Source: Octopus sinensis (taxonomy: Eukaryota). From it: a stretch of DNA of 64,000 bases. The stretch lies in assembly GCF_006345805.1 (NCBI RefSeq), contig NC_042999.1, forward strand, positions 169,136,001 through 169,200,000, in the 5' to 3' direction. Under the pieces are notes generated by a model. That model was not told the origin of the DNA and made no database searches. It worked only from the letters and a program-made list of their open reading frames with translations. The position numbers were made by a program, and so were the translations under genes. This document shows positions 11,310 through 24,070 of the stretch, in pieces (position 1 is the first letter of the stretch; every line of letters begins with the position of its first letter).

Positions 11310-12900
11310 AGTAATGCATGCAAGATAGCCACAGACAAAATAATTAAAGTCCCTTATCCTAATGACCTCAAATTGAGACCCATAATAGCAGGACCCGCAT
11401 GCGAAACCCACCGCCTCAGTAACTTTTTAGACACCCTGTTAAAACCACTCCTCAAACATGTCAAAAGCTATATAAGGGACGACTTGGATATGCTCAATCA
11501 CCTACCAAATACTATAAACAAAAACACCCTACTAGTATCCTTCGATGTAGTCCAATATCCCCCACAACCTAGGAATAGAGGCAATTCAATTCTGGCTAGA
11601 GAATCACGCCAACGAACTCCCACATCGCATCAAAAAAGAATTCGTGATAGAAGGGGTTAAATTCATCCTGGAAAATAACTTCTTCGCTGTCGAAGACAAC
11701 TTCTACCGACAAAAATCGGGGACTGCTATGGGTACGCGGATGGCCCCCTCCTTTGCCAACCTAGTCATGGTATATTTAGAAATCAGTCTGTATCGTAAGG
11801 TTATAGAAAGATATGGCAGCCCTTTCTCCCTCTACATAGAAAACAACTGGAGGAGATACCTAGATGATTGTTTCATCCTTTGGCATGAAAATATAGAGAA
11901 ACTCAAAGAATTCCAAGCAATTTTAAATGGACTGGACGTAAACATCCAATTCACGATGGAATATAGCCAGCAACAACTCCCCTTCCTCGATATCCTTATT
12001 AAGAAATCTAATAATGTAATAGAAACAGATATATACTACAAGCCTACAGATTCTAAGCAATATCTTCCTTTCAATTCATGCCACCCCAGACACACCAGAA
12101 TGAACATCCCCTTCAATCTAGCAAAAAGGATATGCACTATAGTTTCTAATGCAAACACCAGAGACACACGACTACAAGAACTAAAAGATACCCTCATTAC
12201 CAGGAATTACCCACCTTCACTTATTGACATATGCATTCAACGTGCCCTCCAACTCACCATCCAGGAACTCACATCCCAAATCAAAGAAAAATTTACAACC
12301 AAAACCCTTACCATACATCTCCACACACAACCCTCTCAACAATGAGGCCTTCGACACCATCCTCCAAAACATACCCCTGCTAAAAAAAGACCACAGAATG
12401 AACACAATTCTCCAAACACACATGATCATAAAAAGAAAGAGACAGCCTAAATCTATGAAAAGTCTCCTAACACAAGCCCGAATTCACTCTACAACACAGA
12501 AGCCGACAGTAAAAAAATGTGGAAGACCAAATTGCGGGATATGCGATTATCTAATTGAGGGATCAGAGTTCTCCTTCAAACAGGGACAACGGTTTACAGT
12601 GAAAAGCAACTTCACATGTGCTTCGGAGAACCTGATATACACACTAATCTGCTCTGGGTGTCAAGAGCAGTACATAGGCCAAACAAAAAATAGTTTGCGT
12701 AAAAGAATGGCCCTGCACAGATCCCAGATAAAAATTCCCCAAAACAGAAAAATAACATTCAGCCAACACATAGATACTTGCGCCAACAACAAAACACTAA
12801 ACTTCAGGATTTTCTCCCTCTACCAATTCGGACAATACAACCTTGAGCCAAGGAATAAGTAAAGAAACTCTCTTTATTACAAAATATAAGCCCACCCTTC
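11310..12900 (+). mobile_element. Penelope-like element, RT plus GIY-YIG, frameshifted
   Basis: LRPIIAGPAC, GTAMGTRMAPSFANL, RYLDDCF, FLDILI, CGRPNCGICD, LIYTLICSGCQEQYIGQT. Confidence 0.93.
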
Positions 12901-13460
12901 TGCCTTAGAATAACACAAATATACAAACAAATATTACATTCCTAAGAATCCACTACAAATCAGCCCCAATCACAGCTATAACCCATAGTGTGCCAACTTT
13001 AAGTCATAATACACCTCACTAGTTCCACTCATTCATATTCTCCCTCCTTTTTCTTTTTCTTCTCCTTTCCATTCTTCATTATCATCATAATCACCATCTT
13101 CTACCTCCTCCTCTTCTTCTTCTCCCCCTTCTACTTCCTAACTTTATCACTAATGCTTTTTAGTATAACACCTAAGCAAATTCTATAGACAAACCTTTCA
13201 ATAGAAATACTGTCATGAACTGCTATCAGCCACTGACCATTCAAAATACAACAATCAAGGCACTCCCAAAATTTCTCCCCCTTCTCCTCATCATCCTTCT
13301 TCTTCTTCCCTACCAAGAATTCACAATGACCTCACAAGTGTGAACAAGAGAGACAGAGCAAGGCAGAAACAAGGAAAATGCCACTTATATTTGAACACTA
13401 TACAAATATTCCTTTAAAAAAACATTTCTTTTAATTTTTCTAAATTTAATTATTTAATCG

Positions 13461-13505
13461 TTACAGTTGAAAAGGTCTCAAAATGACTGAAACTGGTACT
13501 GAAAT
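13461..13505 (+). ncRNA. Minimal type I hammerhead ribozyme candidate with U3:A8 swap
   Basis: Stem I CAG/CTG (extendable), core TTGAAAA, stem II GGTC/GACT, GAAA, ACTGGT near-palindrome, GUA site. Lies downstream of the PLE ORF. Confidence 0.65.
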
Positions 13506-13585
13506 GTTCTTTATAAAATTATTTTAGCATTTTCTATTTTGACTTATTTTTCCATATATCAACTCGTGTGTTCCTTTTCATCCTT

Positions 13586-13617
<32 letters not shown>

Positions 13618-14000
13618 CATCATCATCATCATCATAGTTTAACGTCCGCTTTCCATGCTAGCATGGGTTGGATGGTTCAACTGGGGTCTGGCAAGCTCGA
13701 AGGCTGCACCAGGCCAGTCAGATCTGGCAGTGTTTCTACAGCTGGATGCCCTTCCTAACGCCAACCACTCCGAGAGTGTAGTGGGTGATTTTATGTGCCA
13801 CCGACACAGGTGCCAGACGAGGCTGGCAGACGGCCACGCTCGGATGGTATTTTTATGTGCCACCGACACAGGTGCCAGACGAGGCTGGCAGACGGCCACG
13901 CTCGGGTGGTGTTTTCTTATGTGCCACCGACACAGGTGCCAGACGAGGCTGGCAACGGCCACGCTCGGATGTTGTTTGTTAAGAAACAGTATATCAAGTA
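13618..14000 (-). mobile_element. RTE LINE 3' UTR copy with (GAT)n tail and three ~62-64 bp internal repeats
   Basis: The same sequence directly follows RTE ORF ends at 34950-35492, 40850-41398 and 58637-59100. Confidence 0.85.
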
Positions 14001-14805
14001 GTGATGCAGTACAATCGTTGCGTTGTTCAATTAGATGAAGCCACTTGAAACGGTCATACTGGATCAGTACTTGATATCCTGTTGCTTATATAGAACTATA
14101 GAATTATTATTTTCACCCTCAAATTTGAGAAACAAACACTTATGACTCTTTTCTTTTCAAACTTCATTGCATGATATTGATACCATGAAATTCCTCGAAT
14201 TAAGCTCTATCATTTTAGCTTAATTGAAATATAGTTAATTATAAACGTTAATTATACTTCAATCCAATTTTTTGCCTTCCTTATATTTTTTTCATGATAT
14301 TTTACCTCACAACTGTCTTGATACAAATTTTTGTTGCATGGGACAAAAACTATTAAATTCCTTATGCTTTCTTCTATCATTGAAGCTAAGATAAATATAT
14401 TTTGTTTTTAAAATAAAAAAGTTGTTTGATCTAAACTCTCCTATAACATTACTACAAATTTTGATGTAAACGTTTTTCTACTGGACCAGATCTCAATTTT
14501 TTTAATGCCAAAATGTAGCTAGGAACCAGTCCTCTTCAAAAATGTTAAGTTTTCAATTTGGTTAGGTACTGAATTAGCAACAAGCTCTGAAAGATGATGC
14601 GTGTGAGTAAATTGTGACCATGAGATTATGCAACTACTACCGTAGTTGAATGATAAATTGATTTGAAATTATTGTACTATAAATGAAATATTTGATGTTT
14701 GTTGTATTGAACTTGACAGTTTCATCTTTTAAATATCTTTCAAATCAAAGAAATTTTCTACACATGAGTGTTCATTTTTGTTTTTCTATTCTTCTTTAAC
14801 CGCAG

Positions 14806-14884
14806 AACTCTGTGAAATTCCTGAAAATATTAAATTTTGTAAAAACTTGCAAGTCTTTGATCTCAGTAGCAATCCACTGCCAAG
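14806..14884 (+). CDS. scrib: Scribble-like LAP LRR protein, internal coding exon (79 nt)
   Basis: Polypyrimidine tract then cgcag|AACTC...CCAAG|gtaagc. Translates (E)LCEIPENIKFCKNLQVFDLSSNPLP(R), matching the Scribble LRR pattern [27 protein letters not shown] from recalled protein knowledge. Confidence 0.92.
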
Positions 14885-14994
14885 GTAAGCCACTTTGTCA
14901 TTGTTGTAGTCATCATCATCATATCATCATTTCCTTCTCTTCCTCCATACTATCAACATATGCTTGAGAGCTGTCCAGAAGTTTGTTGTTTATT

Positions 14995-16471
14995 TGTCCA
15001 TTTAGCATTCAGATTATTCTGTCAAATGCAATGTTTAATTAGTTGTTGTTTTGACTTAATCATGCATTATCTTGTATCTTTGAGAGTCTGAGTAATTGTT
15101 TGTTTATTTTTCCAATGATATTATAATAGAGTTTTAGAGGCTGGATCAAGCTATAGGGGTTGGACAAAATAGGGGAAAGACCTTAAAATTTCTAACAAAT
15201 TAATTTTAATAAAAGGTAGGACTGCCTTTGACAGTAATTACAGCTTGAATTCTATGAGGTAAGAACTCATAGAAAGTTTGAATTGTTTCCAAAAACAATT
15301 TTGTCCATTCTTCAGCTAAAACAGTCTCCAGTTCTTGTAGTGATGATGGTGGAGGATATTGACTCTTTACTTGTTTTTCTAAAATGCACCATAAATGTTC
15401 AATATTATTGAGATCTGGGGACTGGTGGGGAGATAAGATCTTCAACTTAACTAGAATGTTCCTCATGCCATTCAGTAACAACTTTAGCAGTGTGAATTGG
15501 TGCATTATCATCCTGAAAAATTGCATTCCACAACCATAGGATGAATTTCATCAGAGAAAATTTTTAATAGTCTTGACTATTAATTCTGCCATGAAGAGAA
15601 ACTATTGGGCTTGTGGATTTCCAAGATATAGTTCCCCCAGCTCATCACAGACCCTCCATGTTTAACAGTTGGAAGAAGGCAGTCTGTCTCAAATGCTTCT
15701 TTTGGTTGTTTCCACATGTATACTTGGCTGGTGGTCGGAAATAAGATAAAGGATGACTTGTCCAAGAAAATAACATTCTTCCATTGCTTTAGAGACCAAT
15801 TCTGTAGGTTTTTACTACTTCTAAACGCTTTGCAATGTTTGTTTTTGAAAGTAGTGGTTTTCTGATTGCAGCCCTCCCATGAAATCTGGCTTTGTGCACG
15901 TCCTGGCAAACAGTTTTTGTGGAAACTGTGTTCTCAAGGTGGTCATTAAGCTCTGCAGTAATTTTAGGAGCTCTGCTTTTGTGATCCTTTCTAACAATTT
16001 GTGTAAAATTCCGATAGTTCCTATCTGAAAGTTTGGGTTTTCTTCCGGAGTTTTGTTTCAATGAGGAGGTTTTTCTCTCTTTCACAAAAGGTTTTCATTA
16101 CTTTTGTGACAGTACTTCTTGATAGACCAAACATTTCGGCTGTTTTCGTTATGCTAGCATCTGCCATACGATCACCAACAATTTGACCTCTTTGAAAGTC
16201 TGATAGAGCTGTCATTTTAATGAATTTTAATTACCTTCTTCTGATGGTATCTGAAAAGAAACAGCAATTTTAGCAAAACATATTAAGCAGCACTAACAAT
16301 AAACCAAAAAATATAAAAATAAACAAGCTTTTGATGGTTTTATAGATATTTAAAAATTATGATGCTCTGATGCTAGGTGTTTCCATTATTTTGTCTAACC
16401 CCTGTAGTTTGAAAACAAAATAAGTAGGATATTTGGGCCAGATGTGGCCAGTTTAAATGCTAAAGGGTTAA
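14995..16471. mobile_element. TTAA-ended MITE split by the Tc1 insertion (halves ~14995-15153 and 16405-16471)
   Basis: The two halves joined match the uninterrupted MITE at 47666-47885. Right end is AAATGCTAAAGGG|TTAA. Confidence 0.75.
15154..16404 (-). mobile_element. Tc1-family (DD34E) transposon, full length, decayed
   Basis: TA-flanked TIRs (C/T)AGGGGTT(G/A)GACAAAATA. Transposase fragments LSDFQRGQIVG, SGRKPKLSDR, TVKHGGSVM, SPDLNNIEHLW. Confidence 0.93.
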
Positions 16472-16989
16472 AGATTTTTATTGTTAAAACTCAGCAGCAT
16501 TCTTTTGGGCTGCTCTGTTATTTTGTCTCTTAACCCCTAAATTTTGTTTTGAAAGATATTAATGTAAAAAGATGGCATCATGTACAGCCAGCCAACATAA
16601 AGAAAAGGCAAGAGAAAATTGAGAGGAGGTGAGGGTGAAACCTGTATCTATCTCTCTCCCTTTCACTCAGGACAATATTCATGAACTTTCTTATATCCTT
16701 AGCTCTGCAACAACCAGTGCCAATAGCAACCTGAAAAACTGTATGCTAAACAAACCAAATAAGAATAACCTGTTAAACATTACCCCATACTGCTGCTACT
16801 GCTGAAGCAGCTAACAGTAATGCTAGAAACAAACAACAACACCAATGATATGCCATGCAAAGCAGTGTGAGGCAATTGTGAAAGCATCAACATCACTGCC
16901 ACCACTATCAGCATGGTCACTGCATTGTTAGCAGCAATCATTAGTAGCAATAATAAAGAATATTATTGCTATTGCTGGTGCCTTTCATA

Positions 16990-17005
16990 TATATATATTT
17001 ATGTG

Positions 17006-17075
<70 letters not shown>

Positions 17076-17790
17076 ATGTATGTATGTGTATATATACATG
17101 TATATGTATGTGTGTATATATAAGTATGTATGTGTATATGTATGTGTATATATATATATGTATGTGTATATATATGTATATATGTATATATATATGTATG
17201 TGTATACATATATGTGTATATATATATGTATATGTATGTGTATATATATATGTATATGTATGTGTATACATATGTATGTGTATACATATGTATATACATA
17301 TGTGTATTTACCAGGTGGTGCTATTAAGTTAGACATGGCCTGGGCCAATAATGGCCGAAACCTATCAAAGTATCAAAGTATATATGTATATATATATGTA
17401 TGTGTATATATGTATATATATATGTATGTGTATATATGTATATATATATATGTATGTGTATATATGTATATATATATGTATGTGTATATATGTATATATA
17501 TATATGTGTATGTATATATATATGTATGTGTATATATGTGTATATATATATGTATGTGTATATATGTGTATGTATATATATATGTATGTGTATATATGTA
17601 TATATATATATGTATGTGTATATATGTATATATATATATATGTATGTGTATATATGTATATATATATATATTATGTATGTGTATATATGTATATATATAT
17701 ATATATGTATGTGTATATATGTATATATATATAAATATATGTATGTGTATATATGTATATATATAAATATATGCATGTGTATGTATATAT
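16990..17790. repeat. Compound (TA)n/(TATG)n microsatellite
   Basis: Visible directly. Confidence 0.95.
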
Positions 17791-17944
17791 ATGTATATAA
17801 CCAAGCTATCAGTCAAAAGTTTATCAGAAGCAAAGCAACTTCTGAAAACATTTGGACAAGAGATTTTCTTGAATCTACCTCAGTCAGCAGCAAAGTCAGC
17901 GACAGTAGCCACCACAACAACATCACTAATCAACAGAAATGATA

Positions 17945-18250
17945 TGGATGGAAGCACTCCATCGGTTACGACGACGAGGGTTCCGGTTGATCCGAATCAA
18001 CGGAACAGCCTGCTCGTGAAATTAACGTGTAAGTGGCTGAGTACTCCACAGACACGTGTACCCATAACGTAGTTCTCGGGGATATTCAGCGTGACACAGA
18101 GAGTGACAAGGCCGGCCCTTTGAAATACAGGTACAACAGAAACAGGAAGTAAGAGTGAGAGAAAGTTGTGGTGGAAGAGTACAGCAGGGATCACCACCAT
18201 CCCCTGCCGGAGCCTCGTGGAGCTTTAGGTGTTTTCGCTCAATAAACACT
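17945..18250 (+). mobile_element. GC-richer SINE-like interspersed repeat
   Basis: Non-coding, GC-richer block that I recognise as an abundant octopus repeat. Family not determined. Confidence 0.45.
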
Positions 18251-18449
18251 TTCGGTAGGATTGACCATCATCATTATTTGGTAGTTTCAGTCAGCTCAAG
18301 GTAGCCTGTTTTGGCACCATTTTCAAAGGTTAGATTGCTTCAATGCACAGTAACATCTGTTTTGTGATGAGAGTAAATTGCCACCCACCAAAACCATTTC
18401 AGATCATGTGCTTGATCTATCAAGGGTTTCCTTTTGAACCTCTCCTGCA

Positions 18450-19757
18450 TATACAAGAAGTAAAGATTCTCTGTACTTTCACCAAAACTTTCTTTAAATT
18501 GGCTGCATTGTCTTAAGTGCTCACATGCTAAAAGGTGGTACTCTTGTTGTTACGTGATCGAGGTTTGACCTTCATTGCTTTAGTTTTCCGTCTTGTAAAT
18601 ATGGACACTCTGCTGGTGTGCACCAAGGAAGAATAGAGATCAGTGATCCAATTTCTCTGGTCTGAAGGTGTCTCAGGGCTGAAATTGATACAGAGATAGT
18701 GCTCTACTGTGAAGGAGTGTGTATGAGTGGATTAAGAAGTTTTAAAAAGGCTGGACAAGCATGAAACACAAAAATGGAGCAGAATGCCCATCAACCTCTA
18801 CCATTGAGAGATGGTTCTGGTGAACTGACAAGTGATCATTGATGAGATGGCATGTTCTCTGCAAATTAGTCATGGTTCTGCATATAAAGTCACCTACAAG
18901 CTTCACTTCCATAAAGTCTGTGTGAGACGGGTGCCAAGAGAACTTAGTGAAGTGCATAAGCACAGTCATGTGAAGATCTGTCAACACTTACTCAACTGCT
19001 ACAACAATGAAGGTAAAAGTTTTTTGGAGAGAATAGTCACAGAAGATGTGACCTGGGTGCATCACTATGAACCAGAAGCCAAAAGCAGAATATATAGTGG
19101 AAACACCTGGAGTTGTCTGCGAAAAGAAATTCAAGTTTCAACCTTTTACAGAAAAAGTGGTGCTAACTATTTTGGGGGATGACTGTAGACCTTTTTCAGG
19201 TATGTTCCAGTACAGGCCTTTTGGGATGCAGAAGGGTCTATACTGGAATATTACCTGAAAAAGGAGTCTATAGTTGCCAGTGTAGGCTACAGTGAAATGC
19301 TGGCCAACAAACTGAAACTTGCAGTTTGCACCAAATGCTGAGGTCTGTTGTGAAAGCGAGTGTTATTGTTGCATGGCAATGCATGCCTACATACAATTGC
19401 CCACATCATTGAAACTATTGAAAAATTGGCTTTTGAGTTGCTGTAACACCTGCATACAGACCAGATCTCACCCCTTCTGACTATCATCTCTTTGGATTAC
19501 TCACACATCCTTTAACAGTTCATCAATTTGCTATGGATGAAGAAGTGCGGGAAGCCGTGCATAAATGGCTGCATGACCTCCTGAAAACCTTCTTCTCCAC
19601 TGGAACAAGCAAGCTTGTGGACCACTGAAAGAGCACATCAAAAAATCAAGGAGACTGTGTCAAAAAATGATGTGATTTTTCAACCCCTACTTTTGTTTTA
19701 ATAAATTTTAATAAATTACAGAAACAAGTGGCATATAATTTTTAGCTTACCCTCGTA
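18450..19757 (+). mobile_element. mariner (DD34D) transposon, decayed
   Basis: RSVIQFLWSEG, KVCVRRVPRELS, IVTEDVTWVHHYEPE, PDLTPSDYHLFG. Right end CTTACCCTCG|TA; left end degenerate. Confidence 0.85.
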
Positions 19758-21621
19758 CTAATTGTCAAACCACTACAGGAGTTGTTGAGGGCATCCCATT
19801 TGAACTGGGATGTAAAATACTACTTTTGGCATCTGAGGACAATGTTACTATAATGGTATCAGACACCATAGAAATCAAGGTGATTGAAACCTTTCTAAAA
19901 AGGATAACAACAGGAACAAAAATTTGCCAGCACAAGTTGATGGGTTTGCTGTTTGATATTTGATGAGGCAATATACTTGATGAGGCATAGACTTTATGTA
20001 CAGTTTTATAGACTTAATACACAGCACTCATAAAATAAATGTTCACTCTTATTTTTCCATTTTCCCCAAAACAAACAAAAAAATATCCCATACATATGAT
20101 ACAATCTTTAGTTAAATTACATATATCTGCCACATAAACATATTTCATGGGATTGCACTTATGTGCATTTGTAAAGTGATAGGTGATATAAAAAAAGTTA
20201 TAACACTTTTCACTGTCTATACACCACCACCACCATCATATCTCCCTCCCTCTCCTCCTCTTTCCTTCTCTCACCATCAGGATATCACCCTTCTGCTACA
20301 ATTATATTTCTAACTCTCTTTCACTACCTTCAACTAACATTTCTAACCACTTAATAAATATCATGTCATGGATGTTCTTCTGTCTCACTCTTCGCTTTAT
20401 CCTCTTTTCCTCCCTCCTCTCTTTGCTTTCAACTAATCATTTGAAAATATTACAATTACATTCCCTCTACCTTTCATCATGGATGCTTCTCTCTTTTCCT
20501 CTTTCCTTTTCTTTCTCCTTTTTCTTGGAAGTGTTACTGACGGGCTAAGTAACATAATGACAAGCAGAATTTTTAAAAGATTGAGTAAATCATACCTTTA
20601 CTGGTGGCAGGTTATAGATTTTTTGACTTTTCAATCAAAAAATTTGCAAAAAACCCTACAGTAGTTGATGCTAAACTTAAAACAAAATTAGGTAAATACT
20701 GAATTGTACTGAAGAGGTTTCACATATGCCATGTCAAAATGAATGTTGAATAAGGGTGGAATTAAAATTAGTTAGTTTTAAATCATTTAAATGGAACTTT
20801 ATCATATAAAAAATTCTGCAAAGCTGTTTGTAATTTTAGAATTCAAGGACTATATCTTATAGTAAACTTGTTTCCCTTCTGAGCATCATCAACAACAACT
20901 ATTGCTTCAAGCTCACCTGGAACTGCTAACAGGGTGAATGAAATTGAAATATTAACTTGGCTCTTACCAAAGATGAAATTTTTCTCATTTGTTTCTTAAT
21001 GTGGGTTCCTCATCAGTATTTTATATATATCTTAGCTGTACTTATAATTTTATCTTTTACATCAAATGTAAAGGTTTGTTTTATTTTTTAGTTTTTCATT
21101 TCAAAATATTTTGGGGGTTTCCTTTGCATTGCTATGGGATGACATATTTATTTTTCTCCAATTGCACATAAAATCTTGAAACATTACTCTCTGAAGAAGA
21201 GAATAAAGTCTAAGCATCTTTCATTTTGGACAAAACATCTATTTTTCATTCAGCTACATTGAAATATTGAGCATAGTGCCTTGTTCAAAGGATATGCAGC
21301 TTTTTCCCTGTTAGCTATTTCCTTAACTACTTTGCCAGTATACACCTATGCTATAAATATCTGATAATGAGCTGTCTTTCATTACAGTTTGCAAGTTAGG
21401 TTGAAGTGAGAGAAACTTAGTAATGAGAGTAGAACATGTTGCTTTACATTCCAATGACTAGTCACAAGTGAGTTGGGGGAACAGATTTTATGGCCTGATT
21501 TCTCTTCCTCTGTTTAATTGTTAAAAGTGTGAAGATTGTTAATTTCTTTTCCATTGTCTTTTGCATATTTTATGTACACCAAACAAAAAATGTTATTATA
21601 ACACTTATAACACTTGATTTG

Positions 21622-21661
21622 AAGTTACTTTTAATACATCATTATGTATTAAAAGTAACTT
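21622..21661. repeat. Perfect 18-bp hairpin
   Basis: AAGTTACTTTTAATACAT-catt-ATGTATTAAAAGTAACTT. Confidence 0.9.
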
Positions 21662-22484
21662 AAGTCCTGTGATGCAATTTGCAGAGCAAGTTGACTTCAG
21701 TCAAATCTGAGGACATTTTGCTCATTTTTATGATTGTGAAATTCAATGTTTGCAATTAGGATGTATCTATTTTGTTTTCCATTTCAGATCTACATATTTA
21801 GAAGTGTCTGCAATTGAAAGATACATTTATTTACATTTAACATAATTAATAGAACTGGGGAATATAAGTAGGTCTACGTTGACAGGAAAAATTTTTTCAG
21901 TAAAAAGTCAAAGTGTGAGGTCCACTGGTGAGCAATGTCTTTCTTTAGAGATCAGTTGGGTACTGGAGAAAATGATCAATTCTCAAGAGAGAATGGTATG
22001 AAAAGAGAATAATCGAAATGGTGTGTGGTGCATATAAATATTTAAGTGATGCTGACATTAAAAATCTGTTTTGGTGGATACATCCTCAGGATTGCAAAGA
22101 TTGCATCACAGACTGGATTTCCTCTTTGGATGAGTCCCAGCAATTACTACTTGTCTATGAAGCTTAGACAAGAGCTGTATTGAAGTACACACACATATAG
22201 CACAGACTGTATCAAAAAATTCAGCCTTAGATATTTACCTGGAGGACAAAAGTTGCCCATCAACTTCTGGTGCATATATGTGCTGCCTCCTTTCTGGGCC
22301 TTTTTTTACTCCTATTACACTAGTTTCTGTTTCTTGAATTTGGTTTTGTATCACCTTCACTCAGACACTCATCAATCATTTTTTTCTTGTGACTATTGAC
22401 TTTTGACTGTTTGAGAATATTAACCACATTAGTCTCACTGATCTTAGAAGGCCTGTGCTTTCCTGACCGAAACCAATAAAATAA

Positions 22485-24070
22485 AAGCAGAAGATAAAAA
22501 GGGGTTTCTTTTTGGCTAGATATTTCTCCTGTAGTTGCTTAACCAGGAATATATCATCAGTCATGCTCCTACCTGGCACAAATCTGAACTGCATATCATC
22601 TACACTAATTTTTTCCCTAATTAATTGGGCTATGGAGAAAGCCTTTGGCAGAGTCCCCAGCTCCCTTATCTTGTGTCAATGGAGAAACTAGGGATAGATG
22701 AGTGGTTGGTAAGAGCTGTTCAAGCCATGTACGGGGATGCTGTCAGAAAGATGAAGGTTAGCAATGAGTGTAGTGATGAATTTAGGGTGCAAGTAGGGCT
22801 TCACCAAGGATCAGTCCTCAGACCCCTCTTATTCATCATAGTTGCCCAGGCAATAACAGAAGAATTTAAGATGGGCTGCCTCCAGGAGCTCCTCTATGCA
22901 GATGACCTTGTTTTTATAGCTGAATCACTACCAGAACTAGAGAAGAAATCTCAGACATGAAAGCAAGGTATAGAATCTAGTAAAAACCAAAATCTTACTG
23001 AGTAGGAGAACAGACAAATCATAAATCTCTTCAGGTAGATGGCCTTGCTTGATCTATAGAAAAGGCACAAGTAGAAACTCCATAAGATGTATCCAGTGTA
23101 AGCTATGGACACATAAGAGGTGCAGCAATATGAGAGAAAGGTTAACAAGGAAAATAGTTTTTGTGTGTGGAAGGTGCACAGGTACAATTAACACTAAAAA
23201 TGTACAGAAAGTAGACTCCATAAAATTCCTGGGGGGAAAACCAGAAGGAGTCGATAGCTTCTGTTACCTAGGCATCCAAGTCAGTAGTGGGGGTGGATAC
23301 CCTGAGAGTGTAGCTGCTAGAATAGCCTGGATAAAGTTCAGAGAACTCCTACTTCTGCTAGTAACAAAGGGCCTATCTCCCAGAGTGAAAGGCAGTGTGC
23401 AGACAGCCATGCTAGATGGCAGTGAAGCATGAGCTGTAACTGGTGAGGCCATGTGTAGGCTCATAAGAAATGAAGCTGATACGCTTTGCTGGATGTGTAA
23501 TGTGAGTGTGCATGCACAACAGAGTGTAAGCGTCATGAGAGAAAAGTTGGGCATAAGAGGCATCAGATGTGGTGTGCTAGGGAGATGACTGTGCTGGTAT
23601 GGTCATGTGATGCATATGGACAAGGACAGCTGTGTGAAGAAGTGCTGCACTCTAACGGTAGAGGGAACTTGTGGAAGACATGGGACGAGGTGGTGAGGCA
23701 TGATTTTTGAATGTTGGGCCTTATGGATTCAATGACAAGTAACTGAAACATTTGGCAATATGCCATGCTTGAGAAGATCCGTCAAGCCAAGTGAGATTGT
23801 AGCCATGGCCAAAGCCAGTGTTGCATAACTGGCATGTAAAAATTACCCTTTGACCATTGGGTAATATGCTGTGCTTGAGAAGACCTGTCAAGCCAAGTGA
23901 ATTGAAGTTATGGCCAAAGCCAGTGCCATCTGATTGGCAACCATGCTGGTGACTCATAAAAAGCACCATTTCAGAGTTGGGCCTCACAGAGGCAGTGACA
24001 AGTGACCAAGACCTTTGGCAATATACTCTGCTTGTGTGAAGACCTTTAAAAAATAAGTGAGATCGTAGTC
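22485..24070 (+). mobile_element. RTE LINE, 5'-truncated with an inverted 5' segment (22485-22622)
   Basis: Plus strand: MEKAF, LGIDEWLVRAVQAMY, GLHQGSVL.PLLF, LLYADDL. Minus segment: MQFRFVPGRSMTDDIFLVKQLQEKYLAK. Confidence 0.9.

Noticed and set aside
13791-13975. CRISPR-like regular repeats
   Set aside because: Eukaryotic context, no unique spacers and no cas genes; this is an RTE UTR tandem.
1-14800. Preceding Scribble exon (expected ...DNEI...ELD.SRN)
   Set aside because: No matching exon found by eye; it probably lies upstream of the window.
17335-17375. GGCC-aataat-GGCC-GAAAC hammerhead-like piece
   Set aside because: Stem II and GAAA are present, but there is no recognisable core or stem I.
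20985-21020. Minus-strand CTGATGA...GAAAC
   Set aside because: The intervening bases cannot form stem II.
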